A program made the position numbers and the translations under genes. Under the pieces are notes generated by a model. The model ran no database searches. It saw only the letters and a list, made by a program, of their open reading frames with translations, and had not been told where the DNA came from. From Catajapyx aquilonaris (taxonomy: Eukaryota), in the NCBI GenBank assembly GCA_000934665.2, contig KZ538518.1, positions 1-64,000 on the forward strand: a DNA stretch of 64,000 bases. The letters are read 5' to 3'. Below are positions 1-12,500 of the stretch, piece after piece (within the stretch, counting starts at the first letter, position 1; every line of letters begins with the position of its first letter).

Positions 1-211
1 CCTCACAAATCCCTATCCTGACCCCTGCACCGGAGATAAAAAACGCGAAGAAAATTTTGTAAGAAAAAATGGTGGTAACCCACCCCCCTAAAAGGGCTCT
101 GTTCCCTCTAATGGGGTAAAGCTATGTACCCCAAACATGTACACCAAGTTTTCAATGTGTAGTAAATTTTATAACAGAGAAGAAAAATGCCAAACCTATT
201 AAAACAGTACT

Positions 212-2330
212 TCTGCATAATACTCCTATCAATATTATTGGCACATATACACGGCTGGACATATAAGAGCAGTCCCGCGGAAGCTTTCTGCCACTCGCAC
301 CGCCCACGTCAGAAAATTTCCAAGGAACTGCTATTATTAGGTCCAGTCGTGTACGGTACATACCGTCTTAGTCAAGATTCATGTGACATAATTACAAACA
401 TAACCTGAGAATATTTTAATCACTGCAAGGTCAGCTGTGAATACCAGGATTCACATGAATAAAATGTTTTTGAGCGTACGGCACACACAGTTGCTGTCCT
501 GTATGAATAGTTCACTTACAATATACGTACCGGCAGGTTCCTTTATTAGCTTATTATCTGCCTGTTCGTAGACCAACATTCACCATGCTGCTCCGACGTC
601 GTTGTCCATGGAGATTTTGCAAGCTAGCACTCCTTCTGCTTGAGGGCGGCCATTTCTTTCATTGCCTGAAGGTTACCAGTCGCGTATGCAGATCTGCTTC
701 CTTGATCTGCTGGTTGAAGAACACACCATCATCGGTCTCTTCCTGAAGAGTAAAGGCGGGTTCACACTAGCTGACGGTAGCATACGAAACGAACGGAACG
801 GTATGACGAAACGAACGGAACTAGGGGCTAGGTGTTCAGACATATTAGAAAATAATACGTATTTTTAAACGGAATATGAGCAAGATAATTTAAATATAGG
901 GCGAGCCAAAATTATTAATGCTATTGAAAAGAGCTGCAATATTTTATTTTGACGTTGACTTATTTCTTATCTCTGCACGTGTAAAGTAGAACAGTGCAAA
1001 ATTAATCATGCATCGATAAACTCCACAACAATGTGCAGAAAGAGTGACTATTTTTATTCCAAAAAATATACCATTTTTGTGAAAAAATGACAATGAATGA
1101 ATGAAGAGCACATTTCCACTTCAGTCATGTAAAACAAGATTCGCGATTCTGGGGAAGGGAAAACCCACACGTCATTCATGAAACCTCACTGAATTCACAG
1201 AATGTTACAGTATGGTGTAGTGCTATTCGTGCCCCAAATAAATTTTTTTGAAAACAAAAATGGACAAACAACAACTGTTACTGGGGAAAATTAGCGACAA
1301 ATTAATGATTCTAAACTTCCTAATGTCGAAAATCAAAGAACACGGTCAGGGTAACATGTGGTTTCAACACTACTGTACGGCGCAACACCGCATACAGCCA
1401 GAGAAACAATACAGATTACGGATTTTGAAAGACCTTTTTCCAGGTTAATATTAATTTTTAGTTTTGGTGACTTGCGTTGGCCTACGAGAGCATCTGACGC
1501 CACAGGGTAATTTCAGGGCCTATACTGCCTATGTCGATTTACGAGATAAGAAAGATTGTATGGGAAATGTGAAAATCACATGGTTTACAGAGTGTACATC
1601 AGAGGGAATAGATTGATTCGAGAAGAGACTGTGTAAGCCTGGACCGTCCTGCAATAGTTAAATGCATGTGCCTAATACAGCTAATATGCATATTCTTGAT
1701 ATACTGTACGCGTAACATTACTGCTCAAATATGTGTGTACTCGAAACCATTTATTAGCACTCTTGTCACTTGCCACTTCGTTCTTAAAATAATGTGAAGA
1801 TGTGGTGTACAGGTACAGGTAAATGTTTCCCTTTCCAAAACGGGATCAGACCACCCATAAACACCCCTCAGAGTCGAAACGGTTTTTATCGCCTCGAGAG
1901 AAGTGTTTTAAAATACCGTACTGCGTACACCAGTGGTATCGAACTCTACTGAATGTACAATACGATGGGTTCCAAAGGGTCTTGTCATCTGCAGGTGAAG
2001 ATTGAACTACTGTATCGTACGACTAGTATCGTATATAGTATGACTAGTATATAGCTATACTTCTATACAGAATATTTATTGTGGTGTACTGCTCATTATG
2101 AAATCTTGTGCCATATTCCCGGACGAATTCGTGGGGTTATATCTGACAGCGAGTTCCGAGGCGAGGAAATGCATTGTTTCGTCCTGTCACATAAACCCCA
2201 TTTTTCTCTCTCCATGAAATACCAAAATCAGCCATCACATACCATGCTAAAGATCAAACCAGATTTTGCATTCTTTCATTGTCTTCACATTGTCACGTGT
2301 GTCGAGAAAACAGTTGATAATAAATGAGTA
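212..2330 (-). ncRNA. Candidate divergent spliced non-coding or smORF transcript (exons about 2330-2243, 742-531, 404-364, next starting at 212)
   Basis: Minus-strand splice signals: donor ATG|gtatgt after 2243; acceptor ctttactcttcag before 742; donor CCG|gtacgt after 531; acceptor ttctcag before 404; donor ACG|gtatgt after 364; acceptor ttatgcag before 212. No long ORF. Confidence 0.35.
250..351. mobile_element. Hairpin MITE with TA target duplication (Tc1/mariner-like)
   Basis: TA-CACGGCTGGACATATAAGAGCAGT ... ACTGCTATTATTAGGTCCAGTCGTG-TA; imperfect arms of about 40 bp. Confidence 0.65.
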
Positions 2331-2889
2331 CCAAAAATTCAAAACTATCAGTGTTTCATTGTAATGACAACGATCTTCAACAGTTTTGTTCTCGCGGAAC
2401 TTTTTTTTAAACAAAACTTTGTCGGAGCCGTACAATAAAATCATATCACACTGCAGCAGTATCATACAGGGTTGGGCCATAATAGGTTGGGCCAAAAGAT
2501 TCGTAAAAAAAAACAATGATTCCAAATATGTGGTCAGTTTCATCGACAAACGTAAGATAAGCGATGCGAATTGGGGGGTTGGGGTGACGGCCATGCATGG
2601 AGTAGGCCTATGTCGGGTTTTCGCCCTTAGGCCAAGCCCCAGGTGTCAGTGTCTTGGGAATGCAGGCATGAGGGGGGCAGAGAGGAGTGCACATGAGCCT
2701 GGAATAAAAACGGCAATACGGTAGTTCATTGATACGATATTATTACGTGTGCGTGCTTTTCCATGACTTTATCTAGCATAAAACTGCTAAACAGCTTTAT
2801 TTGCTTTATCTATCAAAATATTCCATCAGTTGCGTTTCTAACATACAGTAATAAATGTCCTCAAGAGCTCTTGATGGGCGTATGGGACA

Positions 2890-3579
2890 ATAAGGTGCAG
2901 TAGCCCAATCCACGACCAAGTAAGCGCCTAGTTGTCTATTCGGACCTCTACTTCCGACCAAAGGAGAGTTAGTCATATGTTGGTCATATGTGTCTTGGGC
3001 CGGTTAGGATGACCACCAATTAGCCGCCTCATTCCAGCATGGTGTAATGCGTATCGCCACAGTCTTTCACCTCCCACGTCGATCCCTGGGTCGGGCAGAT
3101 GATTTTCTAATGTAAAGAAATTCGATAGGTTATTCCGTGCTCGTGTGTATTCTCGGAACTCTCTAGTTTCCTTTTGACGTCGATCATGTACACTGACCCA
3201 CAGGATTTGAATCCCGAACTTGATATCACCGGCCATCCCTGGAGTCCATAGGGACACTGTAGCGTCCATAGCGTGTCGCCGCCTAGCGAGCGCTCCGTTC
3301 CCTTCCTCTCCCTCTCTTTTCTGCCCCCGTCCCTGGGCTTCCCCTCTCTGCCTGCCCCACCGGTCGTCCCCCCACCGGTCCCTGCTCTTCCATCCAATCC
3401 CCTTCCCCTTTGTTGCGAACGGATCCGAAGGGACGGAGCGAGGCGGCTTCCCTGAACGAGCGAACAACACCCAACTATCCTCCCTCCCTTTGCCGGCGTT
3501 TTTCTCCAGCGCGTGGGGTAGGGCTTCCATCTTTCTGGAGAAGAGGGAGACGGACCAAGGCGCCAGTTGACTACCCGAG
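2890..3579 (+). promoter_or_regulatory. CpG-rich promoter and probable non-coding first exon of the Akap200-like gene
   Basis: CCAAT at 2905 and 3016; CpG-rich, pyrimidine-tract-rich block at about 3220-3560; consensus donor GAG|gtaagg at 3580; no ATG in frame with the main ORF near the exon end. Confidence 0.55.
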
Positions 3580-6500
3580 GTAAGGCCCTTTTGGACGTGA
3601 ACATGGCCGGCCTGGGCCAAACTGAATCCGGCCCTCCAAGCATGGGATTCCTATGACAGGTTTTGGGTGGGTGGGAAGGGTGAGGGGGGGTGGGGGGATG
3701 GAAACCATTTTTGATTCCGTTTGTACCTTTTTACAGCCGGATTTCGGGGTGTGGGGTAGGTTCAAACGGATTATGGGAGTTTCCGGAGTTGGGAGTTGGG
3801 AGGGGGGAGTAACGTTGTTTCTGATAGTGAGGGTTCGTGTAATGGCCCGTTTGCTGTTGGCCGTGAAGTTGATTTCTAAGCACGAGCAATGAAATGAGGG
3901 ATAGCATGCAGCACTTTGAGCTCATTAGGCCAGGGTGATCGAGCAAATTATTTCTATGGTCAAATGGGTCAAACATTATTTTTTTTTAAAGGTGCAAATG
4001 GTGTGTTCTTGAGGGTGGTGTGGTATGTTTGCGGATGTAAAAGTACAGCCGATAGCTAGAATGATATGAAAGTGTGCCTAGATGTTGCTTAGATGACACC
4101 AAAATAGGAGCATGCTCAACATAATGTGAGAAACTTTCCAAGTGTTGTGGAAAATTCGAAACTGCTTGATGCAGGGCTGTTGATATACATAATACTTTTT
4201 ATAGTTGTTGGTGCATATATGCTGCCTGTAGAAAAAGGCACAATTTCAGTGTGAGTCTGTGGGAGCCTCAATAACACTTGCTGTGGAAATCCTACCAGAA
4301 ACTGCATAACTGATGTCTTTGCTAGCTGGGCATATGAGTGGCTATGACCAGTTGCATTGCCTTGGGCTTTTTACTAAATAATATTCATTGTAACATGAGA
4401 TAAGGCAAGAGCTTTGGGCAGCATGTAGAAGCTAACTTGAGCCACTCACTCTGGTGGTGGTCTTAATTATTAAACCCAATCTAGCCTATTTTATGCAAGA
4501 ATTTCATCATGTGCCTGAAATAATTTATGATCAATGTGCATTATGCCATATTGCATACTGTCAACATCTCATGGGCGTGAACGTTATGAATTTTTATCCG
4601 TGGTTTATAACTGGACAATGACTGTGGTAGGACATTGTTGAAAATGTAGCCAGCTTGGTGGCCATCCCACTTAACCATGAACTCTTTTAACATCTGGTAT
4701 TTTAGCTTCATAATTATTTGCCTTTGTAAAATCATTTTTGGGCTTGTTTTGTCCATGAGCTATTTGGCTCTGACTTCATGTTCCCATATCTGAAAGACCT
4801 TTTCTGCCATGACCATTGACCCAGCTTTATCGACATCAACTGCTGTGACAAAGAGTGCCTCACATCCCTTCACTTTGACTCCTATTGGGTCAAGGGAACA
4901 TCTTATGGCTGCATGACCACCTATAGTTTGTTACACCTGATACAGTTTGAGGCTGAAGTCAGGCGTACCCTCCCGCATCCTAGGTGCTTGTTTTTTTGTT
5001 TGTTTTTGCATGAGTAACTTTTATTGTGTGTACAGATGCAGTGAGTGGGAACAGGCAAGGTAAACATGACGGTTTCTTACTATGAGAATGTTGATATTTC
5101 ACATCATACAGCATGATGCTTTGTCAATATTTGCTGAAGCAGTCATATCTGGTCACACATTAGAGAGCATCACATCGTTGATATTTATGGCCCATGTTGT
5201 TTCTTCCCATCCATTTCTTCCCCACCCCGATTTCTGGTTTTTCACTCCCTGTTCGCAGTGATCGAATCAGTCGTAGAAACAGCCAGGCAATTTTAGTTTC
5301 GCCTTGGATTTCGATCATGCCCTGTAGTTACATCTGACCCGTTCACCTTTTGCGCCGAACATTGCACATTACTGACCGAAAGTGAAAGGCTACCTCCCTC
5401 CACCAAGTAAAAAAAAAAGCGACAACCATGAGATAAAATTACAGTAATTTTTCCGGCACACATTTTCAATCCTAGAATTGCAGAACAGGGAAGTCCATAC
5501 TGCAGGTTAGGTCAGGTAAGCGCTGCTTTGACCTTGATTGGTCCAGTACATATTGGCGTGTCACCAGGTATGACCTTGCAAAATGCGCGCATTTCGAGCG
5601 GATGTTGGGCGGGTCATCTCCCATCCAGGTTTTGTCCTTCGGAACTGGCCACTGGTGCTTTTAGCCAGAGCTGGAGCTGCTGCTGACTCAACCTGGGCGG
5701 AGGCCATTGCACTGCCAGGGCACAAAACGTTGCCACATCGATCCCGGTTTTCTGAGGGAAAGGGGTGGGGTTAGTAGGTGGGGGGGGGGGGGTAGGNTTT
5801 ACGGGAGAGCCCTCCTCCCCTTTAACCCCCCCCCCCCTCCTCCCTCCTCATCTCGGGACTGGAATACTGACGGCGGGTTTTCTTATAAGGGGGAACGACC
5901 GGCCTTCGCAATGGACGAATAGTGGACCTCGGAAGTGACGTATGATTTGCATGTGTCCATCTTAACGAGGGGGACATCATTAGGGTCAGTTGTATTAGCC
6001 CATCCGGTGCTCATTTGTGTCGAATTAGCGCCAGGTTTGACGTGTACAATTGCAACGGGCTGGTCGGGTGACAGGTTTCAAATGCAATTTTGACGCACAC
6101 TGTACATACAGGCAAAATAGGTGTGAAATATTATAAAGCCAGGGCTTTTGATCATTTGCGCTGGATGTATCATATTACCGGGCCAGTATTCATAACATAA
6201 CCGCAATAACGTCGGGAATAACAGCGTAAAAAGTAGTTACTGGTTATTAGCTATTTTTTATTTTTTTTGTGGAGATTCATACGCAGTGGTCTGTTCCCAT
6301 TTGTTGAACTTGATGCACCCTTGACTTTGGTAGGATGGTGCCAAAATTAACGACGCTTTTGTGCGCCTGTTCACACGGAAGGGATTGTTTCGAAATGGTA
6401 GTTGATGGCTCTGTAACGGTGTAGGGGTTGTTCTTTTTTTCTCTTTTCTTTCTGTGCTTGCTTTTCTTGCGGTGAGAACTGCAATTTTGGCATCCTTGTG

Positions 6501-9500
6501 AGAAGTGCAGGTGGAAATCTGGGCCGACGTCCCTGTAGACAAATGCGATTTGGGCACGGAAGGGGTTCCATGCTTAACGACACAACGGGGGTGTTTTGCA
6601 GGCGTTGCTGGCAATTATGCAGCGCGATTCTGGGGGAATCCATTGGACTTTGATGAATTGGAGGAGGAAGGCGAAAGTGTTTTTTTTTCTTCAAGACTAA
6701 CGATAGACTTAGGAGGATCCCGGCGGGCCAATTGGGGAAGAATTACGCTCATCTGATAAGGCGGGAAAAAAAGTAAATGTGCTGGGAATGGAGGAATTTT
6801 ACCAATAAGTGAAATATTAGGAGCTTTTGAAAAAAAAAAAGAGCCCCCTTTTTGGTGGTGCCGACGGCTGGCACGGTTGAGTTGACCATTACAATATTTG
6901 AGTACAGGTCTACAGTGCTGCACAATGAAGTGGAAGCAGTGTACTGTACAGTTTCACTAATGCAAGTGAAATGAGGACATATTTCTGCGTGAGTTAGTGT
7001 ACCTGGTTCCCACAAAAGAGCCCTTCCGGCCCTTTTTAGTCAGAAATATCGAGTTACCTGGACGCCACTGACCCTCCACAGTTGCGGGCTGGGTTTTAAC
7101 AAAGGCAAATGCGAAATTATGTGTAGCACACAGCTGTACGCAGGTTTTGCAGGCAACACGTGACAAAACAAAATTACCACCGTGTGCTGGTGACTAGGCG
7201 GGATAATAAGAGAATGTGATTGGTACTTGTCGAGCAAGTACCGGTTAAGCAGTATTGGTTTTGGTGAATCAGCAAGTGGCCCCTGATAGATGACCTTAGT
7301 TGAGTCGATAACAGAATTTGAAGAGTTTGGGCCTGTTTCGCCGAATTGCATTTTCCAAATGCAGGGGAGTTCGATCAAAGTTGGTGTAGGTTTTTGTTTC
7401 GCGGCAGGATATTACATCAGCAGTTGGTTTATTCATGATATCTGGCTCGATACCGCCTCAGGAAAGTGTAGTTGCATGGTTACAGAGGGAACGACTTACA
7501 AAAAGCCTGTGGCACCCTAGGTGCCGTGCCACCTTTATCGAGACCAAACATGGCGGTCGACAGCATCGACTGCATTATTGCTGATATGTTGCTGATACTT
7601 GTATTTCATATATCCTGCGATTGCCACTACCTGTGGCACATGCACGTTAGGCAAGGAATGTATTGCAGGTTGTGGAACTCTCAGGATGTATGAAACAACG
7701 TATCAGAATAGTAGCCGATAGTCCACTTTGGCCGAGGCAACTAAGGCCACGACGAGGAGGAAGGGGGGGACAGTAGCACAAATTGTTCTGTTGGTAGGCC
7801 GGGGACCAAAATTGGCATTTGGACCAATTTTGAGCATAAGCTAGACTCCATCTTGTCCTCTTCTTTCCCCCCATCCCTCTACAAATGACATGATTTTGGG
7901 CAATTCTGCCTCCGTTGTATGAGCCTCCAGCATCCTTCGAATTCCATTGGCTTTTGCTTAGGGGGACTCCCTGGAAAAAAAAACGAAGAAGCATACTTGG
8001 TACCTTCTAAGGGAATGCTTTTTCGCGGAAGAAGGCATCCCTTGAAATAATCAATACTTGGTCTCTTTTCTGCAAGAAAAGAAGAAGAAGAAAAAGGAAG
8101 AGCAGACGGAGCCAAGAAACAAGAACGGAGAGGCTAAGCCAACTCAATCCTCTTTCCCCCCAAAAAAGAAGGAAAAAAAAAGCAAGGAAAAGTGATTTCC
8201 TACCCTCTTGTGGGTGAAAGTCACCGCTCCAAGGGGGGTTTGCACGAGAAGAAACACAATGTCGTTGGTATTCGGCTGGTGACAATCCTTTTCTCCTTTG
8301 TTTCCGATAGCTGAAGTACGTAATGGTTGATCCCCTGCGGGTGGAGATCCACGTCCCCTCAAATTTGCATGGTATCCTTGAATGTGTTTACTCCGAGAGT
8401 TACAGAGTGTCACGTGGTAACCATCTTGAGATGGCACAGCGCGTACCAAGTATCGCATGCTTTGTGTTGGGAGGGGGGCGGTACCAAGTACCTTTTGTGC
8501 TTACGAATAGTTGGAATCGCTGAAGGCCGCGAATCGCATTGTAGTAAAAATATTTATGTCCACGATATCGTCGTGTTTACGAGCTAAGGCATGGGGTCAT
8601 CTGTCGTTAGTGTAGACCCTGGCACGGGTCATCATGAAAATTTTTGTGCGTCAATTTAGAAGTGGCGGGCACATGTCCGGGGGGTGTTGCCAGATTGTGA
8701 AGCTGGCAATATTTTTTTTCCAGGTCCGTTGTGCCCAACCAGGAGTCCCCTGGAAATTGTCCGATCGATTTCCAGACGTATTCTTTTATGGAGGGGAAAT
8801 GGAAGGGGGCGAAAAGGGGCCAATCCACCGATGAGTAATGCCACTGTGTGAGCTCTGCCCGGTTGCCAAATGGGGCCCGGATGGGATTGATTGGAACCGA
8901 AGCTGTGGCGGATTGGAGGTTTTCGCCCAAAAGAGAGATAGAGAGAGCTGAGGAAAAAAGTGGATCTTTTTTTCCTTTTTTTCCAGACGGGAATGTAATG
9001 GGGGGAAACGACCATTTGTTGAGTCAAAGGAAACATTTGTTCATGGAAAGGCAGTCAGATGTGTCATAGCGTATTATCGGGCGGTTATGGAATTGGTTAG
9101 GGCGGGTCACTGTCAATTACGGTGTGAAAATAGAGAGGCATTAGTGGATGGTATTGATTCAAATGTAATTTTAAAAGGGAAATACGGGCGGTGATGAACA
9201 CACGATGGGTGCCTTTGGGGGGTGATGCAGTAGCTGCGCAATTATTTAGCAGGGGTAAAACCGGGTGGTAATAGCTGAAAAAATTCTTATAAGCATGTTG
9301 CTAACAGGATTAAAAATAGCAGCCTGATATTTAAAAATATGCGAATATTTTTCATAACATCGGGAAAGTACGGAGCGATATTTTTTGAATTGATTTCCAT
9401 TAATGCAGTGGCGAAATTGCATATGACTCGAAGTTTCCTTTGTCGTTGGGGTATCGTATCGGGCAAGGACTCAGAGAGAAGTTTCCTGTGATTCATCGAC

Positions 9501-12500
9501 TGATAGTGTATCGTCGTTTGAACCTGACTCGTGTGAATCTGGATGTAGGGATCTTGTCCAGAGAGTCCTCACGTGATACATATGTCGCAGATTGCATGCG
9601 ATAGTGTTGAGGGGATTCTTATCGCCAGACCATAAGGCGTGCAAGACACGTCCAAAAACCGCTGTCTGTCGACTTGTTTTCTGCTGAACCCGGTCCCACC
9701 TACCCTCTCTTTCCCCTTATTTAAATTGCAAACTTTTTGGAGGGAAGGAGTGGAAAAGAGATATCCAATAATTTCCGGCGAATCCTAAGAACCCGAGAGT
9801 TGGGCATGCAGAGAAATATAATTTTGAAAGTTGCGGAAATGAAATGACAGGTGGATGTGAAGAGAAAAAGGACCGTCTCATCAATACCTGTCCTGGGTTT
9901 TAAAATTGTCTGTCTCCGGCTCCTCCTTGGTAATTACGACAACAAAAAGTTTGCGCAATTTTTACCCCCCTGCGTGCACCCTAGGTATTTTAATCGGCCA
10001 TTAGGTTGCGATTTTCTTGCCGAGGCCCAAAGTTGCGGAGAAACGTCGCGAAATTGGTAAACTAGCTGCAGTTTCTTAATCAACATGAAAGGAAGCGGCG
10101 GGGAATTTGCTCGGAGGGGAGGATGCTGGTCTTACAGGGCCTTTAGGGATGAGAAACTAAAAAAGGTCTTGCAAAATTGGGGTTTCTAGCTCATTCCTCC
10201 AGGGATTCTTTCAAGCTCCTACCACTTTAAAAAAAAACAAATGTGTTCCAGAATTCACTTTGACTTATAGAGGAACGGGCCTAACTAAAAACGAGTTTTT
10301 TTTTGCTTGTAGGTTGAGACAAAAAAAATGGTGTTTTTACAAGTTTTCTACGTGGGGAGCGGCACTATTTGCATAAAAGAAGGCAGAAAGGCCTGGGAAA
10401 TTGTGCTTGAGTCATTGTTGATACAGATGAAGCAGCCGTTGGCAGTCGTAATTCCATTTGCGCGTTTGCGGTGTTCATTAATTTGACTAATTAGGCCTTA
10501 TAACCCCCTTCCCTTCCTCTCACTTTTCCCTGCACTGCCCATTTTCAAGAACATGGAAAAGCGTCGGCTGGAATGCGGCTCATTTGTATCGGGAATCGAT
10601 TGGCCATTTGGAAGCCAGCCCAATTAATCAGCACCTGATGATACAGGCCTCCCACTGGTGGAAAGGATCATTATATTTCTATTACAGGTATGGGGGGNNN
10701 NNNNNNNCGTCGTAGGCGGATTATGTACGCCAGGTTGTGGGCACACTGAATTTCCGGGTCTAACGACAGGAAAGGTGGCTGGATTTTCGCGGATGGCAGG
10801 TTTTGGCAGGAAACGGGCCAAGGCACGCCATGTGGGCGGCAGCAGAGGACAAGTTTTGGCCATTTCTGGCAGTGGTCATTGTTCGTGGTGGTAGAATGCA
10901 GGGAATGCAAAGAATGAGAACGTGACATCAGTGGGGAGACTATTTTGGAACGTTATGGGCGAGATAAATGAACCGTGAAATCAGAGCCTTGCAAATCTTT
11001 GCTGCGCTAAAAGGATAGCTTGGGAAGTGCGGAGGCGAGCAATTTTTGGCATTCCAGGCCTTGAACTAGGAGTGTACTGATGCAATATCGCATGTTGGTG
11101 CACTTCATGGGTGTCGTTCATTGGGTATGATTTTAGCCGGTGCAAGAGGAATTTCAATAATTCCGATTTGTCTGTCAAAAAACATATTGAAAGAATAATG
11201 TTTTAAAAATATCCACGTGTATTGGCATGTGGCCATTGTAATGTGAGATGCTGGGCAGGACGTGGGAATTTTCCTGCCAACCTCGAGTTCAAGAGATACC
11301 CAGACGAAAATCGACACCATTGCTCAACACTAGACGTTAGAGATCCGATTACATCTAGGAGCTCAGCTAATTTCCTGTAACTGCGTCGGTGTCACAAGTT
11401 TTGAAGGGCATTGGCTCTCCAGAGCAGACACTGCGACAAAAGTCCCAAATAAGCAACAGTTCACGGAGGCCAAAAGCTGGTGACCTTTGACCTTGATTTA
11501 TGAACCTGCTGATAAAATTTTGTCAGAGAAAAAATGGACTAGGCCTCTGTTGCCATGAGATTTCAAGTCCTTAATATATTAATGAATAGTTTTTATCATT
11601 TCCTGAAAATGAAATCTATATCTAGCAGGTACACCCGTGTTTTTTTTTTCTCCCCTGGAATCGAGCCCGGACCAGTTAGCCACATGATATTTTCGTTTGA
11701 CCACGATTTCTACCATGTGTAAAGAGAACGATAGCATTTGAGCCTGACATCCATGAAAGGAATGCACGTGGAGGACAATATGCCATTGATGAAAAGGGGC
11801 TCCCCCCTTTCATTGTGAAGGATTTGAACTCATAATCACTCTCGGTATTAGGTGCAGTGGAGTATCCAGACTGTTATGCAAGCGATTTCGCACCCCTCTC
11901 CCCTACCATTGGCGGGTTTTGCAAACCGATATGGCGCCCTGGGGGGTTGTTCAGATGAGTTGGGGGGGCACGGATTGGAAGCTTTTATTGCAAGGGCCGG
12001 ACTTTACCTAGCCAAACTTTGCTAAATTGAATTTAGTGCAGATTCCAGCCTCGTCCGGGGCATTTTCAAGGGAGGTTTTGCCCTCTGCAGACCGTGACAG
12101 GGCTGTGATTAATGCTCCTCTTTGAGATATTGGGGGGTACATGGAGCAGGAGGGGTGTGGGTGGGGCAATGAGAGTTGGGATTATTAAACACTATCAATC
12201 ACGAGTATGCCGCCACTGGAGGTACAAACCTGAGCCAGTTGGCCCTTTTCAAAGGGAAATGAGGCGACGATTTATACCCGGAGCATTTTTTAAGGCCGGG
12301 ACCTAAGAAGGGCGAGGGGGTAGCAAGTTATGCGGTACTTATCAGTGACAGAGTCATAAATAAAAGCCGAAATCTGTAGCTTTGAAAAGGAGGGCAAGTG
12401 CATTCTGCTAACGTACAGGGAACAATGCACCGAAAGTACAGACCTTGAGAGGGGCAGGTTGCAGGCGCAAATGACTTGAGGGCACTTGCAGCATGATCTC

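Noticed and set aside
2973..3643. Overlapping 116-215 aa ORFs
   Set aside because: Expected in a GC-rich promoter/first exon; no recognisable protein features.
8060..8230. GA-rich, exon-like Lys/Glu stretch
   Set aside because: No convincing splice sites or start codon; treated as low-complexity sequence.
10692..10707. N run (also single Ns at 5797 and 42820)
   Set aside because: Ambiguous base calls next to G homopolymers; assembly artefact.
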